Positions 49,308 through 58,838 of a stretch of DNA of 64,000 nt are shown here, piece after piece. The notes below the pieces were generated by a model. It saw only the letters and a list, made by a program, of their open reading frames with translations. It did no database searches and had not been told where the DNA came from. Each line of letters starts with the position of its first letter. The stretch's first letter is position 1. Both the position numbers and the translations under genes were made by a program. This stretch comes from an uncultured Gemmatimonadales bacterium (GTDB lineage Bacteria; Gemmatimonadota; Gemmatimonadetes; Longimicrobiales; RSA9), in NCBI GenBank assembly GCA_963816355.1, contig CAWFKH010000004.1, positions 96,001 to 160,000 of the forward strand. Reading direction: 5' to 3'.

Positions 49308-51994
49308 GGCCGCGCGCTCTCCACCTCGCCCGCCACGGCGCCGAGAGAGGAGAGGAAGTCGGACGCGCGGCGGCCCATCGGCTCGGCGCCGAGCGCCTCG
49401 AAGGCGGAGAGCGCCTCGCGCGCGATCGCGGCGCCGCGCACCGCGTCCTCCCGCGCCACGAGCTGCCCGCGGTAGAGGCGGAAGGTCGCCCAGACGAAGC
49501 GGTCGTGCATCAGCAACTGCGGCTCCGCCTCGTCCATGAGGCGCACCGCCTCCGCCACGTCGCCGTCGTGCTCGGCCAGCCGGGCGGCGAGCATCTGCAG
49601 CGCCTCGCGGCTGTCGCTCCACGTCTCCGGCTCCTCGACGCGCCCGCGCGCCTCCGTCTCCGCGGCACGCGCGCCGTCGACGTCGCCGCGTTCGAGCCGG
49701 ATCGTGCCCAGCCCGCAAAGCGCGACCACCTCGGCGTTCCAGTAGCCGGTCTCGCGCGCGAGCTGGAGCAGCTCCTGCCAGCACGCCTCGGCCGCTTCCG
49801 TGTCGCGCTTCGCCTGATGGAGCTCGGCGAGGCTCTGCAACGGCGAGATGAGACGGGCGGATGCGTCGATGCGACGCCGGATGCGCACCGCCTCCCTGAG
49901 GTTCTCTTCCGCCCGCTCCCACTCGCCACGGCGGGTGAGGAGCACGCCGAGGTTGCCGCGCACGGACGCGGACATGTTCGGGTTGCCGACCTTGCCGAAG
50001 GCGGCGGTCGCGCCGTCGAACGCGGCGGCGGCCGCCGCGTAGTCGCCGCGCATGATGTTGTTGATCGCGATGCAGTTGTGGCAGCGGCCGGCGCGCTCGA
50101 GGTCGCCCAGCTCGTCGTAGAGGCGCAGCGCCTCGTCGAACTCGACGATCGCCTCCGCCGACGCGCCGAGCATCATGTGGGCGATGCCGAGATAGTGGCG
50201 TCCCTTCGCGATCAGCTCGTTGTCGCCGCTCCGCACGGCGATCGCGAGCGCCTCTCGCGCCAGGCGCAGATCCTCCTTCTCGCCGGTGCCCGGCAGGTCG
50301 ATCCGGTTCCACAGGATGTGGCACAGCTCCACGTCCGAGCCGAGCGCGCGCGCCTCCTCCGCGAGCGCCGCCATCCAGCGCAGCAGCTCCGGCGCCGGGC
50401 GCGCTCCATGGTCCCGCTCGACGAGGAGCGCCTTGCGCTTCAGCTTGAGCGCGCGCAGCGCGTCGCCGATCGTCTCCGCCTCCGCGCGCGCGCGCCCGAG
50501 CACGTCGAGCGCCTCCTCGAAGCGCCCCACCACCCACTCCTCCTCGCCGAGCCGCTCCAGCGCGAGCGCCTTGCGCTCCGCGTCCTGCGCGTTGCGCAGC
50601 GCGCGCCGCAGCAGGTCGATCGCGTCGAAGTGCGCGTACAGGCGCGCGGCCCGGTCGGCGGCGAGCACCGCGAAGTCGAACGCCCGCTCCGGCTGGCGGC
50701 CGAGGTCGAAATGGACGGCGAGACGGTGGGAGATCGGACCGGCGTCGCTCGCGTACACGCCTTCCAGGATCTCCGCCATCTTGCGGTGCAGCAGGATCCG
50801 CCGCTTGCCCTGCAGGTTGTTGTGCAGCACGTCCTGGATGAGTGAGTGGCTGAACTGGTATATGCTGGCGATGTCGCCGTTCGGCAGGTCCCGCGTCTCC
50901 GTCATGCGGACCAGGCGGTGGACGCGCGAGAGCGGCTCCATCGCCTCCTCCAGCTCCAGCTCGTCCGCGCCCAGCAGCGCCGCGAGCGCCACCGAGTCGA
51001 ACTCGTTCCCCTGCACGCTCGCGTATTCCACGATCCTGTACGTCTCAGCGTCGAGCCGCGTCAGGCGCTTCTCGATCGTGCTCGCCGCCGAGCGAGGTAC
51101 CTCGATCTCCGCCGGCACCGTCTCGAGCCGCCATTCGCCGCGCGCTTCACGGGCGTGCCCCTGCTCCACCAGCCAGTGCAGCAGCTCCGAGAAGAACAGC
51201 GGGTTCGTGCCCGCGCGCCCGTCCAGCCACTCCAGCAGGTGAGACGACGGCGGCGCGCCGAGCTCGAGCCGCACCAGCTCCCCGAGCGCGCCGCGGTCCA
51301 GCGGCTCGAGCGCGATCTCCTCCGCGAGACGGTAGCGCTCCAGCTCCAGCTTCGCGTCGCGGATCGGATGGCCGGACACGTGCACGTCCGCGGCGCGGTA
51401 CGTCCCCACGATCATCACCCGCTCGCGCTCGATCTTGCGCGCGATGTGCGACAGCAGCGCGACCGTCGCCCGGTCCGCCCAGTGCAGATCGTCGATGAAG
51501 AGGAGGATCGGCTGCGCGGCCGCCGCCGCGAAGAACAGCTCCGTGTACTGGAAGAAGAGCGCTTCCTCGCTCGGCGCCGCGCCGCCCGCCACCTCCAGCC
51601 CGCTGCGCAGCTCCGTCGCCGTCGACATCGCCGCCGAGAGGAGCTGCCCCGCCACCGGCAGCGTCGCCACCCAGTACGGTGCCAGCTCCTTCGCCAGCTC
51701 GCGCAGGCTCCGCTTCGAACGCGCCGCCGGCTCCGCCGTCACCAGGTCGCGGAACGCCTCCACAAACGGCTGGTACGGCTCGCCCGCGCCGTACTGCTCC
51801 GAACAGAGCGCGCGGATCACCCGCGCATCCGGAGCGCGCGACCCCGCCCGCTCGAGAAACGCCTCGATCAGCGTGCTCTTCCCCGCCCCCGCGTCGCCGC
51901 TGATGAACACGACGCGCCCCGCCCCGCCCAGCACGCCGTCGAGCCGGCCCACGAGCTGACCGAGCTCCGCTTCCCGTCCTACGAATGAAGCCAT
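49304..51994 (-). CDS. AAA_16/STAND-like ATPase with C-terminal TPRs
   Basis: FVGREAEL, GDAGAGKS, FIDDLHWAD, GTNPLF and YQFSHSLIQ motifs, then TPR-like helices. Confidence 0.88.
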   Translation of the reverse strand: MASFVGREAELGQLVGRLDGVLGGAGRVVFISGDAGAGKSTLIEAFLERAGSRAPDARVIRALCSEQYGAGEPYQPFVEAFRDLVTAEPAARSKRSLRELAKELAPYWVATLPVAGQLLSAAMSTATELRSGLEVAGGAAPSEEALFFQYTELFFAAAAAQPILLFIDDLHWADRATVALLSHIARKIERERVMIVGTYRAADVHVSGHPIRDAKLELERYRLAEEIALEPLDRGALGELVRLELGAPPSSHLLEWLDGRAGTNPLFFSELLHWLVEQGHAREARGEWRLETVPAEIEVPRSAASTIEKRLTRLDAETYRIVEYASVQGNEFDSVALAALLGADELELEEAMEPLSRVHRLVRMTETRDLPNGDIASIYQFSHSLIQDVLHNNLQGKRRILLHRKMAEILEGVYASDAGPISHRLAVHFDLGRQPERAFDFAVLAADRAARLYAHFDAIDLLRRALRNAQDAERKALALERLGEEEWVVGRFEEALDVLGRARAEAETIGDALRALKLKRKALLVERDHGARPAPELLRWMAALAEEARALGSDVELCHILWNRIDLPGTGEKEDLRLAREALAIAVRSGDNELIAKGRHYLGIAHMMLGASAEAIVEFDEALRLYDELGDLERAGRCHNCIAINNIMRGDYAAAAAAFDGATAAFGKVGNPNMSASVRGNLGVLLTRRGEWERAEENLREAVRIRRRIDASARLISPLQSLAELHQAKRDTEAAEACWQELLQLARETGYWNAEVVALCGLGTIRLERGDVDGARAAETEARGRVEEPETWSDSREALQMLAARLAEHDGDVAEAVRLMDEAEPQLLMHDRFVWATFRLYRGQLVAREDAVRGAAIAREALSAFEALGAEPMGRRASDFLSSLGAVAGEVESARP

Positions 51995-52096
51995 GTCGGA
52001 AAACTAATGGCGCCCGGCCCGCGGCGCCCCCTTCCCGCAGGGCCGGCGCCCGCCCACGCGGACGCCGGCCGTCACACCCGAGTCGGCTTCAGACGC

Positions 52097-53638
52097 TCAG
52101 ATGCCTGCGCCCGTCACGTCGAAGCGCGGGTCGTTCGCCGCGGGGCAGCTCGAGTCCGGAAGCGAGCCGACAATGTAGGCCGCATTCGCGTCGGAGCGCG
52201 ACGCGTCCGGACCGAACTCGCCGCCGCCCTTGATGCTGAAGGTGTGCTCGCCCGGCTGCACGCCCACCTCCGCGATCGTGATCCGCGTCCACTGCGCGCC
52301 GTCCTTCGTGTAGGGCGCGCAGAAGACGTACGCGGTCTCGCCGGACGTGCCGGCGGTGCCGTCGAGCGGCGCCGAGCAGGTGCCGTTCGCGTTCACCGTG
52401 AAGTCCTTGAAGAGCTGCAGCGTGCCGGGCGAGCCGTCCTGCCGCGTGCGCGACGTGTAGCGCATGCTCGAGGCGGCGCTCACCCTCGCCTCGAACCACG
52501 CCGAGAAGCGCGTCAGGTCAGGCGAGAGCGACAGCACGTCGGCGGACCAGCCGTAGTGGACCGTGGTGATGTCGATCGTCTTGCCGTCGTTCGGCGCGTC
52601 CTCCGCCGCCTGGATCGAGCACGTCAACGGCTCCAGGAACGTCGCGCCCGAGCCGAGCACGTGTGAGGCGCCCGCCGCGTGGTGAAACGTGATCACCTGA
52701 TAGAACGCCTCCGCGCTGCCGAACTCGTCCGAACCGTTCTCGCCCGGATAGAGCACCTCGACGAAGTACTCCCCGTCACCGGCGGGCGCGGGAAGCTGGA
52801 ACGACGTCGCCGCGTTGATCTGAGCCACCCCGTGCAGGAAGCCGGCGAACGTCGGGGCGTCGAACGACCCGCGCGCCGTGTCGAACCACCACGGACGATC
52901 GGTCGTGGCCGCGCCCTTCGTCTCCAGCGGCTCGACCAGCCACGCGAAGATCGAGGCGCCCGTCACAGTGCTCACGGCGCCGCTCCAGCTCGCGAGCTGG
53001 ACCGTCGCCTTCGGATGCGCCGACACGCCCGCCAGCGTCAGCACCGTGGTCACCGCCGTCTTGTTCTTCACCTGGATCGCGGTCGGGACCGGCGAGGCCG
53101 ACGTGCCGCAGTACTTCAGAAGGCTCGCCTTGTTCGCCGCGGCCGACGCGTCGATGCCGGCGGTCACCGCCGCGCCTTCCTCCGGTGCCAGACCCGGCGG
53201 CGTCACGCCGAAGCTGAAATCGAACGGCGCCACCAGCGTACCGCCGTCGCCGTAGCTGTCCGCAATCTCGTCGAACACCTTCACCGGCGTCGTCCAGCCG
53301 CAGAACCACGCATCCTTGCCGTACGGCACTTCGAAGACCGCCGACCCGGTCGTTCCGGTCGTGGCGATCGCATACAGACCGTACGACCCATCGTCCGCCT
53401 TCTGTCCGATCAACTGCACCGGCAGGCCCGGCATCGCCGTGCCGTGGGAGTCGACCACGCTCACCGTGAGCGTCGTCACGTCGAGCGGGAAGGCGGCCGG
53501 CTTGTTCGCCTGCGGCGCGGCCACGTTCGGCGCCGACGGCTCGGAGGCGCGTTCGCACGCCGCCGCCGTCAGGGAAACAGCGATGAGCAGACCAGGCACG
53601 CCGGCGAATCGCCAGCGCGTCGAGCGGGGAGACACCAT
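52097..53638 (-). CDS. Hypothetical secreted lipoprotein
   Basis: GGAGG RBS, signal peptide ending AAAC, beta-rich Cys-containing body. Confidence 0.75.
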   Translation of the reverse strand: MVSPRSTRWRFAGVPGLLIAVSLTAAACERASEPSAPNVAAPQANKPAAFPLDVTTLTVSVVDSHGTAMPGLPVQLIGQKADDGSYGLYAIATTGTTGSAVFEVPYGKDAWFCGWTTPVKVFDEIADSYGDGGTLVAPFDFSFGVTPPGLAPEEGAAVTAGIDASAAANKASLLKYCGTSASPVPTAIQVKNKTAVTTVLTLAGVSAHPKATVQLASWSGAVSTVTGASIFAWLVEPLETKGAATTDRPWWFDTARGSFDAPTFAGFLHGVAQINAATSFQLPAPAGDGEYFVEVLYPGENGSDEFGSAEAFYQVITFHHAAGASHVLGSGATFLEPLTCSIQAAEDAPNDGKTIDITTVHYGWSADVLSLSPDLTRFSAWFEARVSAASSMRYTSRTRQDGSPGTLQLFKDFTVNANGTCSAPLDGTAGTSGETAYVFCAPYTKDGAQWTRITIAEVGVQPGEHTFSIKGGGEFGPDASRSDANAAYIVGSLPDSSCPAANDPRFDVTGAGI

Positions 53639-53813
53639 GAGATCGGACCTCCGGCTACCACCGGGCAGGTAAAAGGCAGCCGCACCCCCGGGGAGTCAGC
53701 GCGGCGGCCCTCGTCACTCGAATCGAGGGCGCGCCGTCCCGCTCCGGGACCCGACGCGCCCATGCTGTGTCGGAACGTGAATGATCAATGGATGCAGCGT
53801 AATGAATCGGCTG

Positions 53814-54992
53814 TCAATCCACCCCGCTCGGCGCGTCTCCGGCGCGCAGCGTCTCAGCGTCGCGAAAATCCCGAAACTGATACAAGCTCGCGAGACCGCT
53901 CGCGAGCTCCGCCTCGCCCAGGAATTCGACGGCGCCGGCGCGCGCGATTCTGGCGAGGCGGTCCTCGACGTCGAGCTCGTCGAGATGGAGCGCGGCGGCG
54001 AGGGCGGTGGAGTGGAAGACGTCGCCCTCGGCGGCGGCGGAGGCGAGCAGCGCGCGGTCGGCGGCGTCGAGGTTCGCGACCGCCGGCGTGAGGGAATGGG
54101 CGGTGGCGCCGAGGCGCTGGGGCGGCGCGTCGGCCCACCGGCAGCGGCCGCCCTCGCGTACGAGCAGGCCCTCCTCCTGCGCGGCGTCGACGAGACGCCA
54201 CAGGTCGGTCGGACGGCCTCCGCTCCGGCGGGCGAGCCACGCCACCCACGCGTCCGGGGCGGCGCCGGTCGCGGCGAGGAGGGCATCGCGGACCTGCGCC
54301 TGGCCGAGGGGCGCGAGCTTCAGGTGCGAGCTGTCGCCGCTGCGCTCCGCTTCGGCGACGAGGTCACGCATCCCGTCCGAGAGGCGGCCGGCGTCGCTGC
54401 GGGCGGTGAGGACGAGCAGCGTCCGGGTCTCCGAGAGGCGCCGGACGAGGGTGAAGCATCCGGCCAGATCCTGTGGGGGACCGCGGTCGGCGTCGTCGAT
54501 GATGACGAGGCGGTGCTGGCAAGGTCCGAACTCGAGCAGCGAGCGGGCGCCGGAGCGCTCCCGGCGTCCCGCCTCGGCGGCGGCCCGCGCCGCGGCGCTC
54601 CCGCGGGCGAGGGTCGCCGCGCCTGCGCCGCGGCGCCGCAGCGCGTGGGCCGTCTCCCAGAGCGCGTGGAGCAGATCGCCGAGGACCGGGATCACCTCGA
54701 GCCACTCGCCGGTGGTGCGCGAGAGGGAGCGCGCGATGCGGCGGTCGAGCGTGAGCTTGCGCGCGATCATCGGCCATGCGCCGCCGACAATGGCGGCGTC
54801 GACGTAGGCGGTGCGGAGGCGCCAGCGTCGACGGACGTCGTCCTGGAAACGGCGCACGAGCGCCGTACGCCCGGATCCCGCCTCGCCGGAGAGGAAGACG
54901 ACGCGGCCGTGACGGGCCCGGGCGGCGCTCAGCTCCTCGCGCAGGATCTGCAGCAGATCGTCGCGGCCGACGAGCGGATGCGGCGCTTCCAC
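53814..54992 (-). CDS. Degenerate, short AAA_16 ATPase homolog without TPRs
   Basis: LVGRDDLL, GEAGSGRT, IIDDADRG, GGRP; ends just after YQF. Confidence 0.75.
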   Translation of the reverse strand: MEAPHPLVGRDDLLQILREELSAARARHGRVVFLSGEAGSGRTALVRRFQDDVRRRWRLRTAYVDAAIVGGAWPMIARKLTLDRRIARSLSRTTGEWLEVIPVLGDLLHALWETAHALRRRGAGAATLARGSAAARAAAEAGRRERSGARSLLEFGPCQHRLVIIDDADRGPPQDLAGCFTLVRRLSETRTLLVLTARSDAGRLSDGMRDLVAEAERSGDSSHLKLAPLGQAQVRDALLAATGAAPDAWVAWLARRSGGRPTDLWRLVDAAQEEGLLVREGGRCRWADAPPQRLGATAHSLTPAVANLDAADRALLASAAAEGDVFHSTALAAALHLDELDVEDRLARIARAGAVEFLGEAELASGLASLYQFRDFRDAETLRAGDAPSGVD

Positions 54993-55021
54993 GTCTCGCC
55001 TCGCGGTGGGCTCAGGGGCCG

Positions 55022-55759
55022 CTAATGGCGTTGCCAGGAACCGTACATCGGGTTGGGCAGCACGATCCACGCGCGGCCGAACGGCTCGAGCCGCTCCACG
55101 TTCGCGCGCGCCGCCTGCGTCAGCGCCGGGAAGTCCTGGATGTTGTCACCCACGAACATCAACACGTTCAGCGCCGGCAGCCCGCCGCCCGCCGTGCCCT
55201 TCTCGACGGACTGGAAACGCGGATTCTTGTCGGAGGTCGACGACGGCTTGCAGAGCACGCGGTCGACGACGATCTCGAGCTTGCGGAAGTTCTCCTCCGT
55301 CGGCGGGCAGAGCGCCTCGTCACGGTTCGTCACGATGACGACGCGGCCGCCCAGCTCGCGCGCGAAGCGGATGAAGTCCGCCGCGCCGGGAAGCGCCGGC
55401 GCCGCGGCGTCGCGCACCCAGCCGTTCCAGCTCGCGGTGTCGAAGGAGGCGCCGGTACGTGCGAGGCCGGCCTCGTAGCTCGAGTTGTCGAGCACCGTCT
55501 CGTCGGCGTCCAGGACCACCGCCCACGTGCCCGGATCGACGTCGGCGGAGAGCTCTCGCAGGCGCGTCTCCGCCGTGCGGTACGCCTGCAGGAACGCGGC
55601 GTCGTGCTCGGCGGAGGCGCGCACCCAGGCGATCGCCGGCGGCGCCGTGGTGTCCGGCGCCTGCACGATCGGCGCGGGCGCCTGCGGCGGCGGCGGCGCG
55701 CACGCCGCGAACGCCGCGATCGCGGCGAGCGCGGCCGCTCGCCGCGCCGCGGACCGCAC
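55022..55759 (-). CDS. Class C acid phosphatase / 5'-nucleotidase lipoprotein e(P4) family
   Basis: Lipobox FAAC; VVLDADETVLDNS, VTNR, VGDNIQDF and LPNPMYGSW; start approximate. Confidence 0.9.
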   Translation of the reverse strand: MRSAARRAAALAAIAAFAACAPPPPQAPAPIVQAPDTTAPPAIAWVRASAEHDAAFLQAYRTAETRLRELSADVDPGTWAVVLDADETVLDNSSYEAGLARTGASFDTASWNGWVRDAAAPALPGAADFIRFARELGGRVVIVTNRDEALCPPTEENFRKLEIVVDRVLCKPSSTSDKNPRFQSVEKGTAGGGLPALNVLMFVGDNIQDFPALTQAARANVERLEPFGRAWIVLPNPMYGSWQRH

Positions 55760-55761
55760 CG

Positions 55762-56394
55762 TCAGCGGCACGGCCACACGGCCACGCCCCGCACGCCCGG
55801 CCCCGCCGGCACCAGGATGCCGACGCCGCCCAACGCCTCCAGCCGCACCGGCCTGCCTCGCCGCATCCGCTCGCGCAGCACCGCCTGCAGCGCCTCTGGC
55901 GTCTCGGCGCCCAGCGCCGGAAGCGCCACCTCCGCGCGGTACGGCGCCTGCCCCACGAGATCCACGTCGAGCAGCGCGCAGCCCGGCTCCGCGTAGCCCG
56001 CCGGCGACGCCACCGCCGACGCCGGCAGCGCCGCGTCGTACGCCGCCGCGTAGCCGTACGCCGGCACCGCGACCGGCACCGCGACCGGCACCGGCACGAA
56101 GAGGAGCGGCGCCCCCGCGCCCCGCCGCGCCAGCGGAGCGAAGCCCCGCCCGGGCGCGAAGCGGCGCCGATCGAGCCGGCCGCGGCCCGTCCCGACGCCG
56201 ATGCGGAACGGCCCCGCGCCGAAACCGTGGAAGCCGCTCCGCATCCCCCGTGCGGCCGGGAAGCCGTGGCCGGCGTGGCCGCCGCGGCCGGCGAGCGGCT
56301 GGCCGAGCCGCTGTGCCGACGCCGGACCCGGCCCCGCCAGCAGCAGAGCGGCGAGGAACCCGAGGGCGATCGCAGCGGTTCTGGTATTCGTCAT
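55762..56394 (-). CDS. Hypothetical exported protein
   Basis: GGGAG RBS, signal peptide ending ASA-Q, Gly/Arg-rich segment. Confidence 0.6.
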   Translation of the reverse strand: MTNTRTAAIALGFLAALLLAGPGPASAQRLGQPLAGRGGHAGHGFPAARGMRSGFHGFGAGPFRIGVGTGRGRLDRRRFAPGRGFAPLARRGAGAPLLFVPVPVAVPVAVPAYGYAAAYDAALPASAVASPAGYAEPGCALLDVDLVGQAPYRAEVALPALGAETPEALQAVLRERMRRGRPVRLEALGGVGILVPAGPGVRGVAVWPCR

Positions 56395-56560
56395 CGCGAT
56401 CGTCTCCCTTTCCAGAACGTGGCGGCGCCGGTTCACGACGCGCCGATGAAACGAATGTAACAGAATCTTGCCGTCCCGGTGACGACCTGTACATTGTCGA
56501 AGTACCGACTCCCCGGTCGGCCGCTTCGTGGAGGTGTCTCACAGCTCAGGGAGGACCGAT

Positions 56561-57085
56561 ATGCCCCGACGTGTCGGATCGTACACGCCTGAGGAGGTCT
56601 CGCGCTACTACCCCCGCCGGGTTCAGCTCCTGCTGCGCGACCATCGCCTCGTCGATGCGAACATCCACGTGCCGGAAAGGCAGCCGCTCAGCGTCTACCT
56701 CGCCACCCGGCACGCCTTCACCAATCTCACGAACGTCCGCTGGGTCGGCCAGGACAGCCGCCCGGCGCAGCATGTCGCGATCCGCTCCGACCACATCCTT
56801 TGGATCGCCTGCCTCGACCCCGACGTCGCCCTCTCCCGCCAGACCGGTCGCACGGAGCGTCTGCCCGTCGACGTCCTGCTGGAAGACGGCAGCATCATCG
56901 AGGCCGGACTCGACATCGCCGAACGCCAGCGCCTCAGCGACTACATCGACGCCGTGGACAGTGGCTTCCTGCCCCTCTTCCACGCCCACTCCTCCACGGG
57001 CGCCACCCTCGGCGACCTCGCCGTCAACCTGCAGGCGATCCTCGCCATCAACGAGGCCCCCGCGGAGGCGATGGCCGCAGCCTGA
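56561..57085 (+). CDS. Hypothetical protein with internal two-fold repeat
   Basis: GGGAGG RBS; V.LLL.D...V.A.I.V.ERQ.LS.Y occurs twice. Confidence 0.75.
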   Translation: MPRRVGSYTPEEVSRYYPRRVQLLLRDHRLVDANIHVPERQPLSVYLATRHAFTNLTNVRWVGQDSRPAQHVAIRSDHILWIACLDPDVALSRQTGRTERLPVDVLLEDGSIIEAGLDIAERQRLSDYIDAVDSGFLPLFHAHSSTGATLGDLAVNLQAILAINEAPAEAMAAA

Positions 57086-57258
57086 GCCGCCCTCCCCAGG
57101 GCCGCTACAGCTCCTTCTCGACGGCGGCGCGCCGGCCTGCCACGGCGCGCTCCCTTCCATCCGGCCCCGACCTTCGATTCACTCGCCAACCCGCTCCCCT
57201 TCCTTCGACCCGGTCCGCCACCCCGGACCGCCACCCCGGCCCGGAGCACCCTCCAACC

Positions 57259-57687
57259 TCAATCCGGCGCCGCTTCCTCCGCCACGATCCGCGCAGCCCA
57301 CGGACAGTACTGCCCCAGCGTGTTCAGCCAGTAGTCCAGGTTCGCCTCCACCGCGCTCGGCCGCCCGTCGCACACCTCCACCGACGCATCCGCGAACTGC
57401 ACCGTCGCCGGATCCATGTGCCAGCCGTACCCATCGTTGAAACCGCCGTCCCCGGCCAGCAGCCTCCCCGCCACGATCTTCTGCGACTCCTCACCCGCCA
57501 GGATCCGCCGCGCCTCCGCGATCCGCTCCCCGTCGCTCAGCAGAATGCGGAACCGCTCCCCCACCACGTCCACCACGTACACCGCCCGCGCCGGCGCCGC
57601 GGGCGACCCACCCCCGCACGCCGCCCCCAGCGCCATCGCCAACACCGCGGCGGCGACCAGCGAGATCTCACGACGCCTCTGGAACAC
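57259..57687 (-). CDS. BP74-like lipoprotein
   Basis: Lipobox GAAC; GDGGFN..YGWHMDP, EVCDGRPS and YCPW; AAGGAG RBS. Confidence 0.75.
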   Translation of the reverse strand: MFQRRREISLVAAAVLAMALGAACGGGSPAAPARAVYVVDVVGERFRILLSDGERIAEARRILAGEESQKIVAGRLLAGDGGFNDGYGWHMDPATVQFADASVEVCDGRPSAVEANLDYWLNTLGQYCPWAARIVAEEAAPD

Positions 57688-57755
57688 GTGCCTTCTCCTT
57701 CGTGGTCATACCGCCCGGCCCGGCGGTCGCGCCGCCGGCTCTTGTAACATCTCTC

Positions 57756-57805
57756 TTGACACAATATCCGCCGGACGCCATTTGTATCTGTGAAGATGAT
57801 ACAAA
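57756..57805 (+). promoter_or_regulatory. TTGACA -35 plus palindromic operator TTTGTATC-N9-GATACAAA
   Basis: Perfect 8-bp inverted repeat at 57781-57805, 23 nt before the GntR-fusion ATG. Confidence 0.75.
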
Positions 57806-57828
57806 CGGGGAGGGAAAGGAGCAAGGCC

Positions 57829-58761
57829 ATGAGGTTCAACTTCACGGACCGGTCCCGGCGGGTGCTGGCGCGGGCCTTGGAGGAGGCGGTGACGCGGCGC
57901 CACGCGCAGGTGGGAACGGAGCACCTGCTGCTGTCGCTGCTGCGGGAGGAGGAGGGGGTGTCGGCGGCGGTGCTGGCGGCGCTGGGGGTGGATTCGCGCG
58001 AGATGGCGGAGCGGTTGTCGTCGCGGGTCGGGTCGCTGTCGGAGAGCGGAGGCGTGGCGCCGACGACGTTGCCATACACGGCGGCGGCGAAGCGCGTTCT
58101 GGAGGCGGCGATGGGGGAGGCGAGGCGGCTGGGGCACGGCTACGTGGGGACGGAGCACCTGCTGCTGGGGCTGCTCGGTCTGGAGGCGGGGGCGCCGCCG
58201 GAACTCGAAGCGGCGGGGGCGACGTTGTCCGGAGCGCGCGAGGCGGCCGAGCGGATCCAGGGCGGCGGGGCGGAGGCGGGGGCGGAGCCGGGGGCGGGGG
58301 TGGAGGCGGGGGCGGAGCGCGGCGAGGCCGGCGAGGCGGCGGAAGGGGCGAAGCCGCGGACGCGGCCGGGGCGGAGCGATTTCCGGATGCGCATCGACGA
58401 CGCGTCGACGTCGTCGATCTACGAGCAGATCGTGGCGCAGGTGCAGGAGGCGGTGGCGACGAAGCGGCTGCGGGAGGGGGAGCGGCTTCCGACGGTGCGG
58501 CGGCTGGCGGACGAGCTGGACATCGCGCCGGGCACGGTGGCGCGGGCGTACGGCGAGCTGGAGCGGCGGGGCGTAGTGGAGACGGCGGGGGTGCGCGGGA
58601 CGCGGGTGGCGGCGACGCCGGCGGGCGAGGGGGACGGCAGCGCGACGGAGCTGGAGGGTCTGCTGCGGCCGGTGGCGGTGGCGGCCTTCCACCTGGGCGC
58701 GAGCGCGGGCCAGCTGCGTGCGGCGCTGGATCGCGCGATGCGGGGGATCCTGGCGCTGTAG
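57829..58761 (+). CDS. Clp N-terminal (double Clp-repeat) domain fused to a YtrA-like GntR wHTH regulator
   Basis: Two GTEHLLL(S/G)LL repeats; IYEQIVAQV..GERLPTVRRLADELDIAPGTVARAYGELE. Confidence 0.88.
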   Translation: MRFNFTDRSRRVLARALEEAVTRRHAQVGTEHLLLSLLREEEGVSAAVLAALGVDSREMAERLSSRVGSLSESGGVAPTTLPYTAAAKRVLEAAMGEARRLGHGYVGTEHLLLGLLGLEAGAPPELEAAGATLSGAREAAERIQGGGAEAGAEPGAGVEAGAERGEAGEAAEGAKPRTRPGRSDFRMRIDDASTSSIYEQIVAQVQEAVATKRLREGERLPTVRRLADELDIAPGTVARAYGELERRGVVETAGVRGTRVAATPAGEGDGSATELEGLLRPVAVAAFHLGASAGQLRAALDRAMRGILAL

Positions 58762-58838
58762 CGGCGGCGGCTTGTCAGACCCCGTGCGGCGGCGCATCTT
58801 CGCCGTCCCGAAGCCATCCATCCCGAGGGAGCGTTCGC

